Of a DNA stretch of 47,722 nt, positions 8,972 to 19,228 are shown piece by piece. A program made the translations under genes and the position numbers. Source of the stretch: Candidatus Rokuibacteriota bacterium (GTDB taxonomy: Bacteria > Methylomirabilota > Methylomirabilia > Rokubacteriales > DASRDR01); NCBI GenBank assembly GCA_044866005.1, contig JBIOTN010000005.1, positions 1-47,722 of the forward strand, given 5' to 3'. Under the pieces are notes generated by a model that was not told where the DNA came from, made no database searches, and saw nothing but the letters and a program-made list of their open reading frames with translations. The first letter of the stretch is position 1. The number at the start of each line of letters is the position of its first letter.

Positions 8972-9739
8972 TCAGGGCTGGGCCGGCCGCGGCCGCACCT
9001 CCCGGAACGGCGCGAAGAGGTCGATGGGCACCGGGAAGAAGGTGGTCGTGTTCCGCTCGGAGGCGACCTCGCGCATCGTCTGGAGGAACCGGAGCTGGAC
9101 CGCGATGGGCGTGCTCGCCAGCACCTGGGCGGCCTGGGAGAGCTTCTCCGCCGCCTGGAACTCGCCCTCGGCGTTGATCACCTTGGCGCGCCGCTCCCGC
9201 TCGGCTTCGGCCTGCTTGGACATGGCCCGCTGCATGTCCTGGGGCAGGTCCACGTGCTTGACCTCGACGTTGGTCACCTTCACGCCCCAGGGGTCGGTGT
9301 GCTCGTCGATGATCCGCTGCAGCTGCTGGTTGATCTTGTCCCGGGAGGCCAGGAGCTCGTCGAGCTCGGCCTGGCCCAGCACGCTGCGCAGCGTGGTCTG
9401 GGCGATCTGGGAGGTGGCGTAGAGGAAGTCCTCGACCTGGACCACCGCCTGCCGCGGGTCGACGACGCGGAAGAAGATGACCGCGTTCACCTTCACGGAG
9501 ACGTTGTCGCGCGTGATGACGTCCTGGGGCGCGACGTCCATGGCGATGGTCCGGAGACTCACCTTCACCATCTTGTCGATGACCGGGATGAGCAGGATGA
9601 GCCCGGGCCCTCTGGCGGCGATCAGGCGACCGAGGCGGAAGACCACGCCGCGCTCGTACTCCCGCAGGATCTTGATCGCGGACGAGAGCACGAACACGAC
9701 GATGATGATCGCGGCCAGGACCGAGATGCTGAATTCCAT
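8972..9739 (-). CDS. SPFH/band 7 (stomatin-like, slipin) protein
   Basis: [51 protein letters not shown]. Confidence 0.95.
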   Translation of the reverse strand: MEFSISVLAAIIIVVFVLSSAIKILREYERGVVFRLGRLIAARGPGLILLIPVIDKMVKVSLRTIAMDVAPQDVITRDNVSVKVNAVIFFRVVDPRQAVVQVEDFLYATSQIAQTTLRSVLGQAELDELLASRDKINQQLQRIIDEHTDPWGVKVTNVEVKHVDLPQDMQRAMSKQAEAERERRAKVINAEGEFQAAEKLSQAAQVLASTPIAVQLRFLQTMREVASERNTTTFFPVPIDLFAPFREVRPRPAQP

Positions 9740-9750
9740 GGCGTCCCCCG

Positions 9751-11031
9751 TTATCCCACGGCCTCGCGGGTGACGTGGAGGGTCAGGCTGTCCACCGCGA
9801 CGACGCGGACCCGCTCCCCCTCGGCGATCGCCCCGCCTTCCGAGACCGCGCGCCAGATCTCCCCCCGGACGAACACCTGTCCCTCCGGGTCGATCGGCGT
9901 GCGCACGACGCCGACCTCACCGATCAGCCGCTCCGCGCCGGTGGCCGGCCGCCGCAGCTGAGCCCGGATCCCGGCCGACACCGCGAAGACGAAGATGCCC
10001 GTGGTCGCCGCCACCACCGGCAGGATCACCGTCCAGGAGACCCGCAGCGGCATCTCCGGCGTGTCGATCAGCATCATGGAGCCGAGCGTGATCGCGATGA
10101 CGCCGCCGATGGTCAGCACCCCGTGGCTGACGATCTTGATCTCGGCGATCAGGAGGACGATCCCGAAGAGGATGAGCAGCAGCCCGGCGTAATTGATCGG
10201 CAGGCTCTGGAAGGCGAAGAAGGCCAGGATGAGCGAGATGCCGCCGATGATGCCCGGCAGGATGACGCCGGGGTTCGCCAGCTCGAAGAAGAGCCCGAGC
10301 ATGCCGAGCATGAGCAGGACGTAGGCGATGTTCGGATGGGTGATGAGGTTGAGGAACCGGTCGCGGAAGCCGATCTCGATGGGCCGCGGCGTCGCGTCCT
10401 TCGTCCGCAAGGTGACCGGGCCCCGGCTCGTCTTGACCTGCCGCCCGTCCGCCTTCGCCAGCAGGTCCGGCAGGCTCTCCGCGACGAGGTCGATGATGCC
10501 GAGGCGGAGCGCATCGCGCTCGGTCACCGAGACGCTCGCGCGCACCGCCTTCTCCGCCCAGTCCACGTTGCGACCGCGCTCCCGCGCGATGGAGCGGATG
10601 AAGGCCGCGGCGTCGTTCTCGATCTTCCTCATCGACTCCTTGTCGATCTGACCGCCGCCGGCCGCCACGGGGTGCGCCGCGCCGATGTTCGTGGCCGGGG
10701 CCATCGCGGCCACGTGCGCGGCGAGCGTGATGAAGGCGCCCGCGGAGGCCGCGCGCGCCCCGGTCGGCGAGACGTACACGATGACGGGGACCGGCGCGTT
10801 CAGCATGTCGCGCACGATCGAGCGCATGGAGGCCTCGAGGCCGCCGGGCGTGTCGAGCAGGATCACCAGCGCCGCGGCCCCGTCGGCCCTGGCCCGGTCG
10901 ATCGCGGTGCCGACGAGGCGGACGGCGATGGGGCTGATCACCCCGTCGATCTGCAGCGTGGAGACACTGGCGGCGCGCGCTTCTTCCGACGTCAGCAGCG
11001 CGAGCGCGAGGCCGACGAGGAGGCGACGCAT
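9751..11031 (-). CDS. nfeD: NfeD-family membrane-bound ClpP-class serine protease (long form)
   Basis: Signal peptide, [23 protein letters not shown] cluster, C-terminal OB domain [12 protein letters not shown]; adjacent to SPFH gene. Start 11031 or 11058. Confidence 0.93.
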   Translation of the reverse strand: MRRLLVGLALALLTSEEARAASVSTLQIDGVISPIAVRLVGTAIDRARADGAAALVILLDTPGGLEASMRSIVRDMLNAPVPVIVYVSPTGARAASAGAFITLAAHVAAMAPATNIGAAHPVAAGGGQIDKESMRKIENDAAAFIRSIARERGRNVDWAEKAVRASVSVTERDALRLGIIDLVAESLPDLLAKADGRQVKTSRGPVTLRTKDATPRPIEIGFRDRFLNLITHPNIAYVLLMLGMLGLFFELANPGVILPGIIGGISLILAFFAFQSLPINYAGLLLILFGIVLLIAEIKIVSHGVLTIGGVIAITLGSMMLIDTPEMPLRVSWTVILPVVAATTGIFVFAVSAGIRAQLRRPATGAERLIGEVGVVRTPIDPEGQVFVRGEIWRAVSEGGAIAEGERVRVVAVDSLTLHVTREAVG

Positions 11032-11070
11032 GGACACGACGGCCCCACGAAGGTCCATCGAAGCGGCCTC

Positions 11071-11081
11071 ATGATAGCACA
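11071..11081 (-). promoter_or_regulatory. Putative extended -10 promoter TGTG-C-TATCAT for nfeD-SPFH
   Basis: TGTGCTATCAT on the minus strand immediately upstream of nfeD. Confidence 0.55.
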
Positions 11082-11123
11082 CGGGCGTGCCCCCGGGCCG
11101 CACGGGCGGCGGCGGCCCGGGCC

Positions 11124-12061
11124 TCAGCGGTTGAGCGCGAGGAGCGAGAGGAACTCGAAGAGGAGGTTCGCCGCGAGCAGGGCCGTCACCTGCCCCGGGC
11201 TGTCGTACTGCGGCGCCACCTCCACCAGGTCGAAGCCGACGAAGTCGAGGCCCCGGAGCCCCCGGACCAGCGCGAGGGCCTCGTACGAGGTGAGGCCGCC
11301 CACCTCGGGCGTGCCCGTCCCCGGCGCGAACGCGGGGTCCACCGCGTCGATGTCGAAGGAGACGTAGACCTTCGCGCCCCTGAGGCGCGCGTACTGCTCG
11401 ACGGCCCAGCCCACCCCCTGCTCCTTGAGCGCCTCGACGCGTAGGACCGACAGCCCGTGCTCGGCCTGGAAGGCGAAGTCGTCGGCGCCGTAGAGCGGGC
11501 CGCGGATCGCGATCTGGAACGTCCGGCGGGGATCGATCAGGTGCTCCTCCACCGCCCGCCGGAACATCGTGCCGTGGAAATACCGCGAGCCGAAGTACTG
11601 GTCCCAGGTGTCCGGGTGCGAGTCGAAGTGGACGAGCGCGACCGGCCCGTGCCGCTTGGCGAGGGCCCGCAGGATCGGCAGCGCGATGGAGTGGTCGCCG
11701 CCCACCGCGACCGGGACGCACCCGGCCTCCAGGATCGCCGTCACCTCCTGCTCCACGATCTCGTTGGTGCGCTCGATCGACACGGGCGAGACGTCGATGT
11801 CGCCGTAGTCCGCGACCCGGAGCGCCTCGAACGGCGAGACCTTGAGGACCGGGTGCCAGGGGCGGATCATCGCGGACTGGGCCCGGATCTCCCGCGGGCC
11901 GAAGCGCGCGCCGGCCCGGTACGAGGTGCCGCCGTCGTAGGGGATCCCCACGAGCGCGACGTCGAGGTCACCGGGGACCCGGTGGTGCGGCAGCCGCATG
12001 AACGTGGGGATCTGGGCGAAGCGCGGCGACTTGAACGCGTCGAGAGGCCGGAACGGGTGCG

Positions 12062-12065
<4 letters not shown>
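11124..12065 (-). CDS. speB: Ureohydrolase (agmatinase/guanidinobutyrase-like)
   Basis: PRFAQIPTFMRLP, GARFGP, GGDHS, DSHPD..HGT, SFDIDAVDP..APGTGTP; ATGA overlap with the ABC ATPase stop. Confidence 0.9.
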
Positions 12066-12895
<830 letters not shown>

Positions 12896-12928
12896 GACTC
12901 CCCCTCCAGGAAGGCGGGGCGGCGCCGG

Positions 12929-14419
12929 TTACTCGGCGGCGCCCACCCGACCGGGGTACCGGGCCGCCACGGCGCGCCACGCCGCGCCGCCGAGCAGCTC
13001 CGCGCAGACGGCCTCGAGCTCCGCGATGGAGACGCGGATCTGCTCCATCGAGTCCCGCTCGCGGAGCGTGACGCAGCCGTCGCCGGCCTCGCCCCGCGTC
13101 GGGTCGCCGACGGTCTGGACGTCCACCGTGACGCAATACGGCGTTCCCACCTCGTCCTGGCGGCGGTACAGACGGCCGATCGCGGCCGTGTCGTCGTAGA
13201 CCGTCACCCAGCGCCGCGCGAGCTGGTCCCGCAGCGCCTCGGCCTGCGCCACGATCGCCTCGCGCTTCTTGAGGAGCGGCAGCACGGCGATCTTGATCGG
13301 CGCCATCTCGGGGTGGAAGCGGAGCACGACCCGCCGCTCGCCGCGCACCTCCTCGGCGTGATAGGCGTCCGTCATGACCGCCAGGACGATGCGGTCGACG
13401 CCCACCGCCGGCTCGATGACGAAGGGCACCACGTGGACCTTCCGCTCGTCGTCGAAGTAGGTCAGCGACTTGCCGCTGAACTTCGCGTGCTGCTTGAGGT
13501 CGAAGTCCGTCCGGTTGGCGATCCCCTCCAGCTCGCTCCAGCCGATGGCGAAACGGTATTCGATGTCCACCGTGCGCTTGGAGTAGTGCGACAGCTCCTC
13601 TTTGGGATGCTCGCGCAGGCGCAGGCTCTCCGCGCGCACCCCGTAGCGGTGGTACCAGGCGAGGCGCTCCTGGATCCAGAAGTCGTGCCAGTGCTCGTCG
13701 GCGGGCCGGCCATCCACCGTGTCGTGCGGGTTGACGAAGAACTCCATCTCCATCTGCTCGAACTCGCGGGTCCGGAAGATGAAGTTCCCCGGCGTGATCT
13801 CGTTCCGGAAGCTCCGGCCGATCTGGGCGATGCCGAAGGGCAGCTTTCGCCGCATCGCCTGGAGCACGTTGTCGAAGTTGACGAACATGCCCTGGGCCGT
13901 CTCGGGACGCAGGTAGGTCAGGGCCGCCTCGTCCTCGACGGGCCCGAGGAAGGTCTTCAGCATCATGTTGAACTGCCGCGGCTCGGTCAGCTCGCCGCGG
14001 CCGCACTCGGGACAGAGCGTCCGCCGACCGCCGCAGTGCTTGCAGGCCTCGGCCGCCGGCACCTCGAACTTGTTGTCCTTCGTGGCCGGACAGTAGTGGA
14101 CCCAGGGCTGCTCGTCGAGCTTGTCGGCCCGGAACCGGCGCCGGCAGGCCTTGCAGTCCACCATGGGGTCGGTGAACCGGTCGAGGTGCCCGCTGGCCTG
14201 CCAGACTCGCGGGTGCATGAGCACGGCGCTCTCGATCCCCAGGACGTCCCGGCGGAGGTGGACGGTGTCCCGCCACCAGAGGTTCCGGACGTTCCGCTTC
14301 AGCTCGACGCCGAGCGGGCCGTAGTCCCAGGCCGAGCCGAGGCCGCCGTAGATCTCGCTGGACTGGAAGACGAAGCCTCGCCGCTTGGCCAGCGAGACGA
14401 GGGTGTCCATGTCGACCAT
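12929..14419 (-). CDS. glyQS: Glycine--tRNA ligase, alpha2 (homodimeric) type
   Basis: KRRGFVFQSSEIYGG, YLRPETAQG, FRNEITPGNFIFRTREFEQME, ELEGIANRTDFDL, IGRLYRRQDEVGTP. Confidence 0.97.
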   Translation of the reverse strand: MVDMDTLVSLAKRRGFVFQSSEIYGGLGSAWDYGPLGVELKRNVRNLWWRDTVHLRRDVLGIESAVLMHPRVWQASGHLDRFTDPMVDCKACRRRFRADKLDEQPWVHYCPATKDNKFEVPAAEACKHCGGRRTLCPECGRGELTEPRQFNMMLKTFLGPVEDEAALTYLRPETAQGMFVNFDNVLQAMRRKLPFGIAQIGRSFRNEITPGNFIFRTREFEQMEMEFFVNPHDTVDGRPADEHWHDFWIQERLAWYHRYGVRAESLRLREHPKEELSHYSKRTVDIEYRFAIGWSELEGIANRTDFDLKQHAKFSGKSLTYFDDERKVHVVPFVIEPAVGVDRIVLAVMTDAYHAEEVRGERRVVLRFHPEMAPIKIAVLPLLKKREAIVAQAEALRDQLARRWVTVYDDTAAIGRLYRRQDEVGTPYCVTVDVQTVGDPTRGEAGDGCVTLRERDSMEQIRVSIAELEAVCAELLGGAAWRAVAARYPGRVGAAE

Positions 14420-14426
14420 CGACACG

Positions 14427-14437
14427 AGCCTAGCACA
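14427..14437 (-). promoter_or_regulatory. Putative extended -10 promoter TGTG-C-TAGGCT, probably leaderless glyQS transcript
   Basis: Motif ends 7 nt before ATG 14419; no RBS. Confidence 0.55.
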
Positions 14438-14500
14438 GGCCCCGCGGCCCTGCCATCGGCCGCCGAGCCTCCGCCAGAGGCAGTCCCCTTCCCGAGCGAA

Positions 14501-15292
14501 TCAGCCCGCCTTGGGCGACCACGGCAGGAGCCATCGGTGGAGGTACTTGAAGCAGAGATCGGTCGCCAGCCCGAGGAGACCGATCACCATGATCCCGACG
14601 AAGATGCGGTCGGTGAAGAGCCCGCGCATGGAGTTGAGGATCATGTACCCCAGGCCCCGGTTCGCCGCCACCAGCTCGGCGACGACCAGGTATGTCCAGG
14701 CCCAGCCCATCGTGATGCGCAGCGTATCCATGACCCCGGGGAGGGTCGCCGGGATCAGCACGCGGGAGACGACCTGCCGGCGACCGGCCCCCAGCGTGTA
14801 GGAGACGTCGAGGAGGTCGCGTGACACGTGCGCCGAGACGTCCGCGATGAGGATCATCTGCTGGAAGAAGGTCCCGATGAAGATGACCGCCACCCGCGCC
14901 TCGTAGTCGATCCCGACCCACAGGATCAGGAGCGGGATCATCGCGCTGACCGGCAGGTAGCGGACGAAGTCGATCACGGGCTCGATCAGCGCCTCGACCA
15001 GGCCGAACGAGCCCATCAGGATCCCCAGGGGCACCGCGAGGAGCGAGGCCAGCACGAACCCCGTGAAGATGACGAAGCAGGAGGCCCGGATGTGCGTCCC
15101 GAGCGTGCCGTCGCCCGCCAGCTCGACGGCGCTCTGGAAGACCTGGTGGGGCGCGGGGAGGAACTCCGGGCGGACCAGCCCCCCGTACGTCAGGGCGGCC
15201 CAGCCGCCGAGCAGCAGGAGGACGGTGAGCCCGCTCGCCGCGGCGTACACGGCGCGCGGGATCGGCTCCTTGGGCGTCAACCACCCGTTCAT
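14501..15292 (-). CDS. NitT/TauT-family ABC transporter permease
   Basis: FLPAP, RYLPVSAMIPLLILWVGI, EAA-like loop YTLGA, WTYLVVAELVAA..GLG. Confidence 0.95.
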   Translation of the reverse strand: MNGWLTPKEPIPRAVYAAASGLTVLLLLGGWAALTYGGLVRPEFLPAPHQVFQSAVELAGDGTLGTHIRASCFVIFTGFVLASLLAVPLGILMGSFGLVEALIEPVIDFVRYLPVSAMIPLLILWVGIDYEARVAVIFIGTFFQQMILIADVSAHVSRDLLDVSYTLGAGRRQVVSRVLIPATLPGVMDTLRITMGWAWTYLVVAELVAANRGLGYMILNSMRGLFTDRIFVGIMVIGLLGLATDLCFKYLHRWLLPWSPKAG

Positions 15293-15329
15293 CGCGCGCG
15301 GCGGTCCCCTGCCGCGGCAGGGAACCCGC

Positions 15330-16307
15330 CTACTTCACGAAGGTGTGGTTGACCAGGTCCTTCGGCGTCGCGCCCTTGGCCTGGAGCTTGCCGAAGCTTC
15401 CCCAGATGTCGATCGCGTTCTGGACGACCTTGTAGAGGTCCCCCGGCTTCTGCGGACTGCCGAAGAACTTCACGTTCGAGTCGTGGTTGTAGAACTTCAC
15501 CCCGCTCAGCGTCTCGGCGAACACCTTGGGGTCCTTCAGCCAGTCGCCGAGACCCTTGGCCATGATGGCGTTCGATTCCTCCTTGTTCTTCTCCCAGTAC
15601 GCGACCGCCTTGTTCCAGGCGTTCACCACGCCCTGGATGTCCTTGCCCCGCTTCTCGATCACGTCCCGCCGGAAGATCAGGACGTCGGTGATGAGGCCGG
15701 GCGTCTTCGAGGAGTCCACGAGCACGTGGCCGAAGGCCGTGTTCTTGCTCTTCGTGACCCACGGCTCCCAGGTGACCGCGGCGTCGACCTTCTCCGCGAC
15801 GAACGCCGCGCCCGCGTCGCCGGGCTTCATGTTGACCGACTGGACGTCGCTCTGGCCGAGCCCCGCCTCCTTGAGCAGCACGTTCAGGAAGAACTGGGAG
15901 ACCGAGCCCTCCGCGAACGCGACCTTCTTGCCCTTGAGGTCCTTGACGGCCTTGATCTCCTTCCGCGCGACGATCGCATCACCGCCCGCGGAGTCGTCCA
16001 GCGCGAGGACGTACTGGAACTCCTTGCCCGTCTTCAGGTAGAGCACCATGGTGTCGACGGTCGAGACGACGCCGTCCAGCCGCCCGGCGGCCATGGAAAA
16101 GAACCCCTCCTTGGGGTCGTCCATGTTGATCAGCTCGACGTCCACGTTCTCCGCCTTGAAGTACCCCTTGTCCCGGGCCAGGAAGAGCGGCCCGTACCCC
16201 ACCCAGATCGAGTAGCGGATCTTGAGCGGCTCCGCGGCCGCCGCCGGCGCCAGCCCGAGCGCGCCCAGCATGACCCCGATCAACGCCCACGTCGTGAGTC
16301 GCTTCAT
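15330..16307 (-). CDS. NitT/TauT (NMT1/SsuA-like) ABC substrate-binding protein
   Basis: Signal peptide, WVGYGPLFLARDKGYF, DLKGKKVA, VDAAVTWEPW; RBS GAGGAGG. Confidence 0.93.
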   Translation of the reverse strand: MKRLTTWALIGVMLGALGLAPAAAAEPLKIRYSIWVGYGPLFLARDKGYFKAENVDVELINMDDPKEGFFSMAAGRLDGVVSTVDTMVLYLKTGKEFQYVLALDDSAGGDAIVARKEIKAVKDLKGKKVAFAEGSVSQFFLNVLLKEAGLGQSDVQSVNMKPGDAGAAFVAEKVDAAVTWEPWVTKSKNTAFGHVLVDSSKTPGLITDVLIFRRDVIEKRGKDIQGVVNAWNKAVAYWEKNKEESNAIMAKGLGDWLKDPKVFAETLSGVKFYNHDSNVKFFGSPQKPGDLYKVVQNAIDIWGSFGKLQAKGATPKDLVNHTFVK

Positions 16308-16368
16308 GGGGACCCTCCTCGGGAGTGACGGGTGTGTGGTCGTGCTGACACGTTCGAGGGAACGGTCG

Positions 16369-17622
16369 TCAGCGACTGGAGGGCCGAAGGCGGCTTGCGC
16401 CGAGCGCCTCGTGCGCCCGCCCCAAGCCCGCGACCAGCGCCTCGATCTCCTCGTGCGTCGTGTAGGGCGCGAAGCTCGCGCGCGCGGTCCCCACCACGCC
16501 GAGCCGCCGCATGAGGGGCTGGGCGCAGTGGTGACCGGCCCGGACGGCGATCCCCTCGGTGTCGAGCGCCGCGGCCAGGTCGTGCGGGTGGACGCCGGCC
16601 AGGTTGAACGAGACGACGCCCACCCGGTCCTTGGCCTCGTGAGGGCCGTAGACCGCGAGGTCGTCGACGTCGGCGAGCCGCGCCAGCGCCTCCCGGGTCA
16701 GGTCGGCGTCGTGCTCACGGATGGCGTCGCGGCCGAGCCCTTCCACGTAGTCGATGGCGGCGCCCAGGCCCACCGCCCCGGCGATGGGCGGGGTGCCGGG
16801 CTCGAAGCGCCACGGCAGGTCGTTCCAGGTCACCCGGTCGAGCCAGACCTCCTTGATGATCTCGCTCCCCCCGAAGGCCGGCTCGAGCGGCTCGAGGACC
16901 TCGCGCCGTCCGTACAGCACGCCGATCCCGGTCGGCCCGCCGACCTTGTGTCCCGAGAACGCGTAGAAGTCCACGCCGAGCGCGGCGACGTCGAGCGGGA
17001 GGTGCGGCGCCGCCTGGGCGCCGTCGATGAGCACCCGGGCGCCGGCGGCCTGGGCCCGCTCCACGAGCTCCCCGACCGGGTTCACGGTCCCGAGGACGTT
17101 CGACACGTGCGTGACCGCGACCAGCCGCGTCCGGCGGCCCAGCAGGCGGTCGAGGCCGGCGAGGTCGAGCCTGCCCTCCTCGGTCACCGGCAGGTACCGG
17201 AGCCGCAGCCCGCGCTCGCGGGCGAGGAGGAGCCACGGGACCAGGTTGGAGTGGTGCTCCATCTCCGTGAGGAGGATCTCGTCCCCCTCCTCGAGCGCGC
17301 GGCGCGCCCAGGTGTGCGCCACGAGGTTGATCGCCTCGGTCGTGCCCTTGGTGAAGACGATCTCCTCGCGATGGCGGGCGCCGAGGAAGGCGCGCACGCG
17401 GTCGCGGGCCGCCTCGAAGAGCTCGGTCGCCTCCTCGCCGAGCGTGTGGATCGAGCGGTGCACGTTCGCGTTCGACCGCTCGTAGTACGCCCGGAGGGCG
17501 TCGAGGACCGGCCGCGGCTTCTGCGCCGTCGCGGCGGAGTCCAGGTAGACGAGCCGGTGGCCGCCGACCATCCGCTCGAGGATCGGGAAGTCGGCCCGCA
17601 GCGGCGCCCCCAGCCGATTCAT
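16369..17622 (-). CDS. sufS: Cysteine desulfurase, SufS (group II)
   Basis: YLDSAATAQKP, EHHSN, DGAQ, FSGHK (PLP Lys), RAGHHCAQP (catalytic Cys). Confidence 0.96.
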   Translation of the reverse strand: MNRLGAPLRADFPILERMVGGHRLVYLDSAATAQKPRPVLDALRAYYERSNANVHRSIHTLGEEATELFEAARDRVRAFLGARHREEIVFTKGTTEAINLVAHTWARRALEEGDEILLTEMEHHSNLVPWLLLARERGLRLRYLPVTEEGRLDLAGLDRLLGRRTRLVAVTHVSNVLGTVNPVGELVERAQAAGARVLIDGAQAAPHLPLDVAALGVDFYAFSGHKVGGPTGIGVLYGRREVLEPLEPAFGGSEIIKEVWLDRVTWNDLPWRFEPGTPPIAGAVGLGAAIDYVEGLGRDAIREHDADLTREALARLADVDDLAVYGPHEAKDRVGVVSFNLAGVHPHDLAAALDTEGIAVRAGHHCAQPLMRRLGVVGTARASFAPYTTHEEIEALVAGLGRAHEALGASRLRPSSR

Positions 17623-18005
17623 CGCGCGACCCCCGCGCCCGCCAGCGCCGCGCGCAGGACGTCGAGCGGGAGGGTGACGCAGCGGAGGCGCGAGGGGCGG
17701 ATCTCCGCCTGGAGCGCGGCGAGGAGCGCCGCGCGGTCCACGCGCGCGGCGTCGTCGAGCGAGCGCCCCTCCACCATCTCGGCGAGCAGGTCGGCGGAGG
17801 CGAGCGCGATCGCGCAGGCGTCGCCCCGGTACCGGACCGCCTCGACCTCCGGGGTCGCCCCCCCGTTCACGCGCACCTCGATCCGGATCCGGTCGCCGCA
17901 GAGCGGGTTCACGTCCTCGTGCGCGGCGTGAGGGGCGTCGAGCTCCCCCTGATACCGGGGATGCCGGAAGCGGTCGAGGATCACATCGCTGTAGAGGCGG
18001 GCCAC
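17619..18005 (-). CDS. sufU: SufU/IscU-like Fe-S scaffold or sulfur acceptor
   Basis: LYSDVILD, NPLCGD, ACAIALAS, RLRCVTL (three conserved Cys); GTG start 18005; overlaps the sufS start. Confidence 0.9.
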   Translation of the reverse strand: MARLYSDVILDRFRHPRYQGELDAPHAAHEDVNPLCGDRIRIEVRVNGGATPEVEAVRYRGDACAIALASADLLAEMVEGRSLDDAARVDRAALLAALQAEIRPSRLRCVTLPLDVLRAALAGAGVAR

Positions 18006-18011
18006 GTGGTC

Positions 18012-18022
18012 ACGGTAGCACA
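18012..18022 (-). promoter_or_regulatory. Putative extended -10 promoter TGTG-C-TACCGT, probably leaderless sufU-sufS
   Basis: Motif ends 6 nt before GTG 18005. Confidence 0.5.
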
Positions 18023-18068
18023 CGCGCCCAGTTCGGGCAACCGCTGAGCGGCTTTACGAGACGGCGCG

Positions 18069-19109
18069 CTACTCCAGAACGCCCCGGTCCTGCCCCGCCC
18101 GGTACGGCGGGAAGCGGAAGGCCATCTCGCGGCCGAGGAGGCCGCCGTGGCCGAGGGCCGAGAGCTCCGCCGGCCCCACCGGCTCGCCCGCGAGCAGGCG
18201 CGGCAGGACGAGGTCGAACAGGGTCGCCTGGGAGAACATGCCGCAGGACGGCATGCCGAGGACGGGGGTCGCGCCCACGTGCGCGAGCCAGAGAAGGCTG
18301 CCCGGATGGGCCGGCACCCCCCGCCGGACGACCCGCGCCCCGAGCCGGTCGAGCGCCGCGAAGAAGGCATCCAGCGGATCGAGCGCATTGGCGCCGGCCG
18401 CCACGACCAGCTCCGCCCCGCTCTCGAGACAGGCCGTCACGGTCGCGGCCAGCGTCGCCTCCTCCTGCTCGGCGAAGACGAGCCGGGACAGCGACGCGCC
18501 GAACCAGGCGAGCTTTTCGCGCAGGGCCGCCTCGAAGCGTGCGCGGACCTTCGGCTCGAGGCTCGCCGGCGCGACCGCGGCGATCGGGACGGCGCGGAAG
18601 GCGCGGACCTCGACGAGACCGCCGGCCGCGCGCCCTCGCGTCTCCGCCTCCCGCACGACGGCCTCGGCGATGACGAGCGGCGTCACCTTCGCCTTGGCCA
18701 CCACGTCGCCGGCGTCCACGACTTGCCCGTCGTAGAGCGTGTACACGGAGATCCCCTCGAGCGCGTTCACGCCCGCCAGCTCCGCGACCCGGATCCGCAC
18801 CAGACCGCGGCGCTCGGCGACGAGCGCCCACTGTCCGCTCGCCGCGTCCCGCACGCGCACGCCCCGACCCGCCACGGCGGCGGCCAGACGTTCTCCCGCC
18901 GGCTCCTCGTGGAGGTCGCCCGGCTCCATCTCGATCAGGTGGACCTCGGCCGGCGCCAGGGCCTCGAGCCGCCGCGCGCCGGCCGCGTCGAGCGCCTGTC
19001 CCTTCCGGAGCACGAGCTTCCCGTCGGGATCGCGGACGTCGTGGCAGAGCACCCAGCCGAGGAGCCGCTCCGTCCCCCACGCGCCGGGAACGACCACGTG
19101 CGCCTTCAC
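18069..19109 (-). CDS. Molybdopterin-binding (MoeA-like/MoCF_biosynth) protein of Mo-hydroxylase clusters
   Basis: GWVLCHD..LRKG, DLHEEPA, KVTPLVI, GVPAHPGSLLWLA, LGMPSC, FDLVLPRLLAG, LGHGGLL; GTG start 19109. Confidence 0.8.
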   Translation of the reverse strand: MKAHVVVPGAWGTERLLGWVLCHDVRDPDGKLVLRKGQALDAAGARRLEALAPAEVHLIEMEPGDLHEEPAGERLAAAVAGRGVRVRDAASGQWALVAERRGLVRIRVAELAGVNALEGISVYTLYDGQVVDAGDVVAKAKVTPLVIAEAVVREAETRGRAAGGLVEVRAFRAVPIAAVAPASLEPKVRARFEAALREKLAWFGASLSRLVFAEQEEATLAATVTACLESGAELVVAAGANALDPLDAFFAALDRLGARVVRRGVPAHPGSLLWLAHVGATPVLGMPSCGMFSQATLFDLVLPRLLAGEPVGPAELSALGHGGLLGREMAFRFPPYRAGQDRGVLE

Positions 19110-19228
19110 GGCAGGCGCTCGAGCTGGGGAGGCGTGTCGCGCCGCGTCACGCGGCCACCGTACCACACGCCACGCGGACCGGCAACGAACGGACGGGCGC
19201 CGCCGGCGCGCCGGCGGGCGCGCGCGGC

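Noticed and set aside
16308..16368. Guanidine riboswitch upstream of the ABC/ureohydrolase operon
   Set aside because: Only 61 nt intergenic, with no ykkC-type motif or paired ACGR hairpins.
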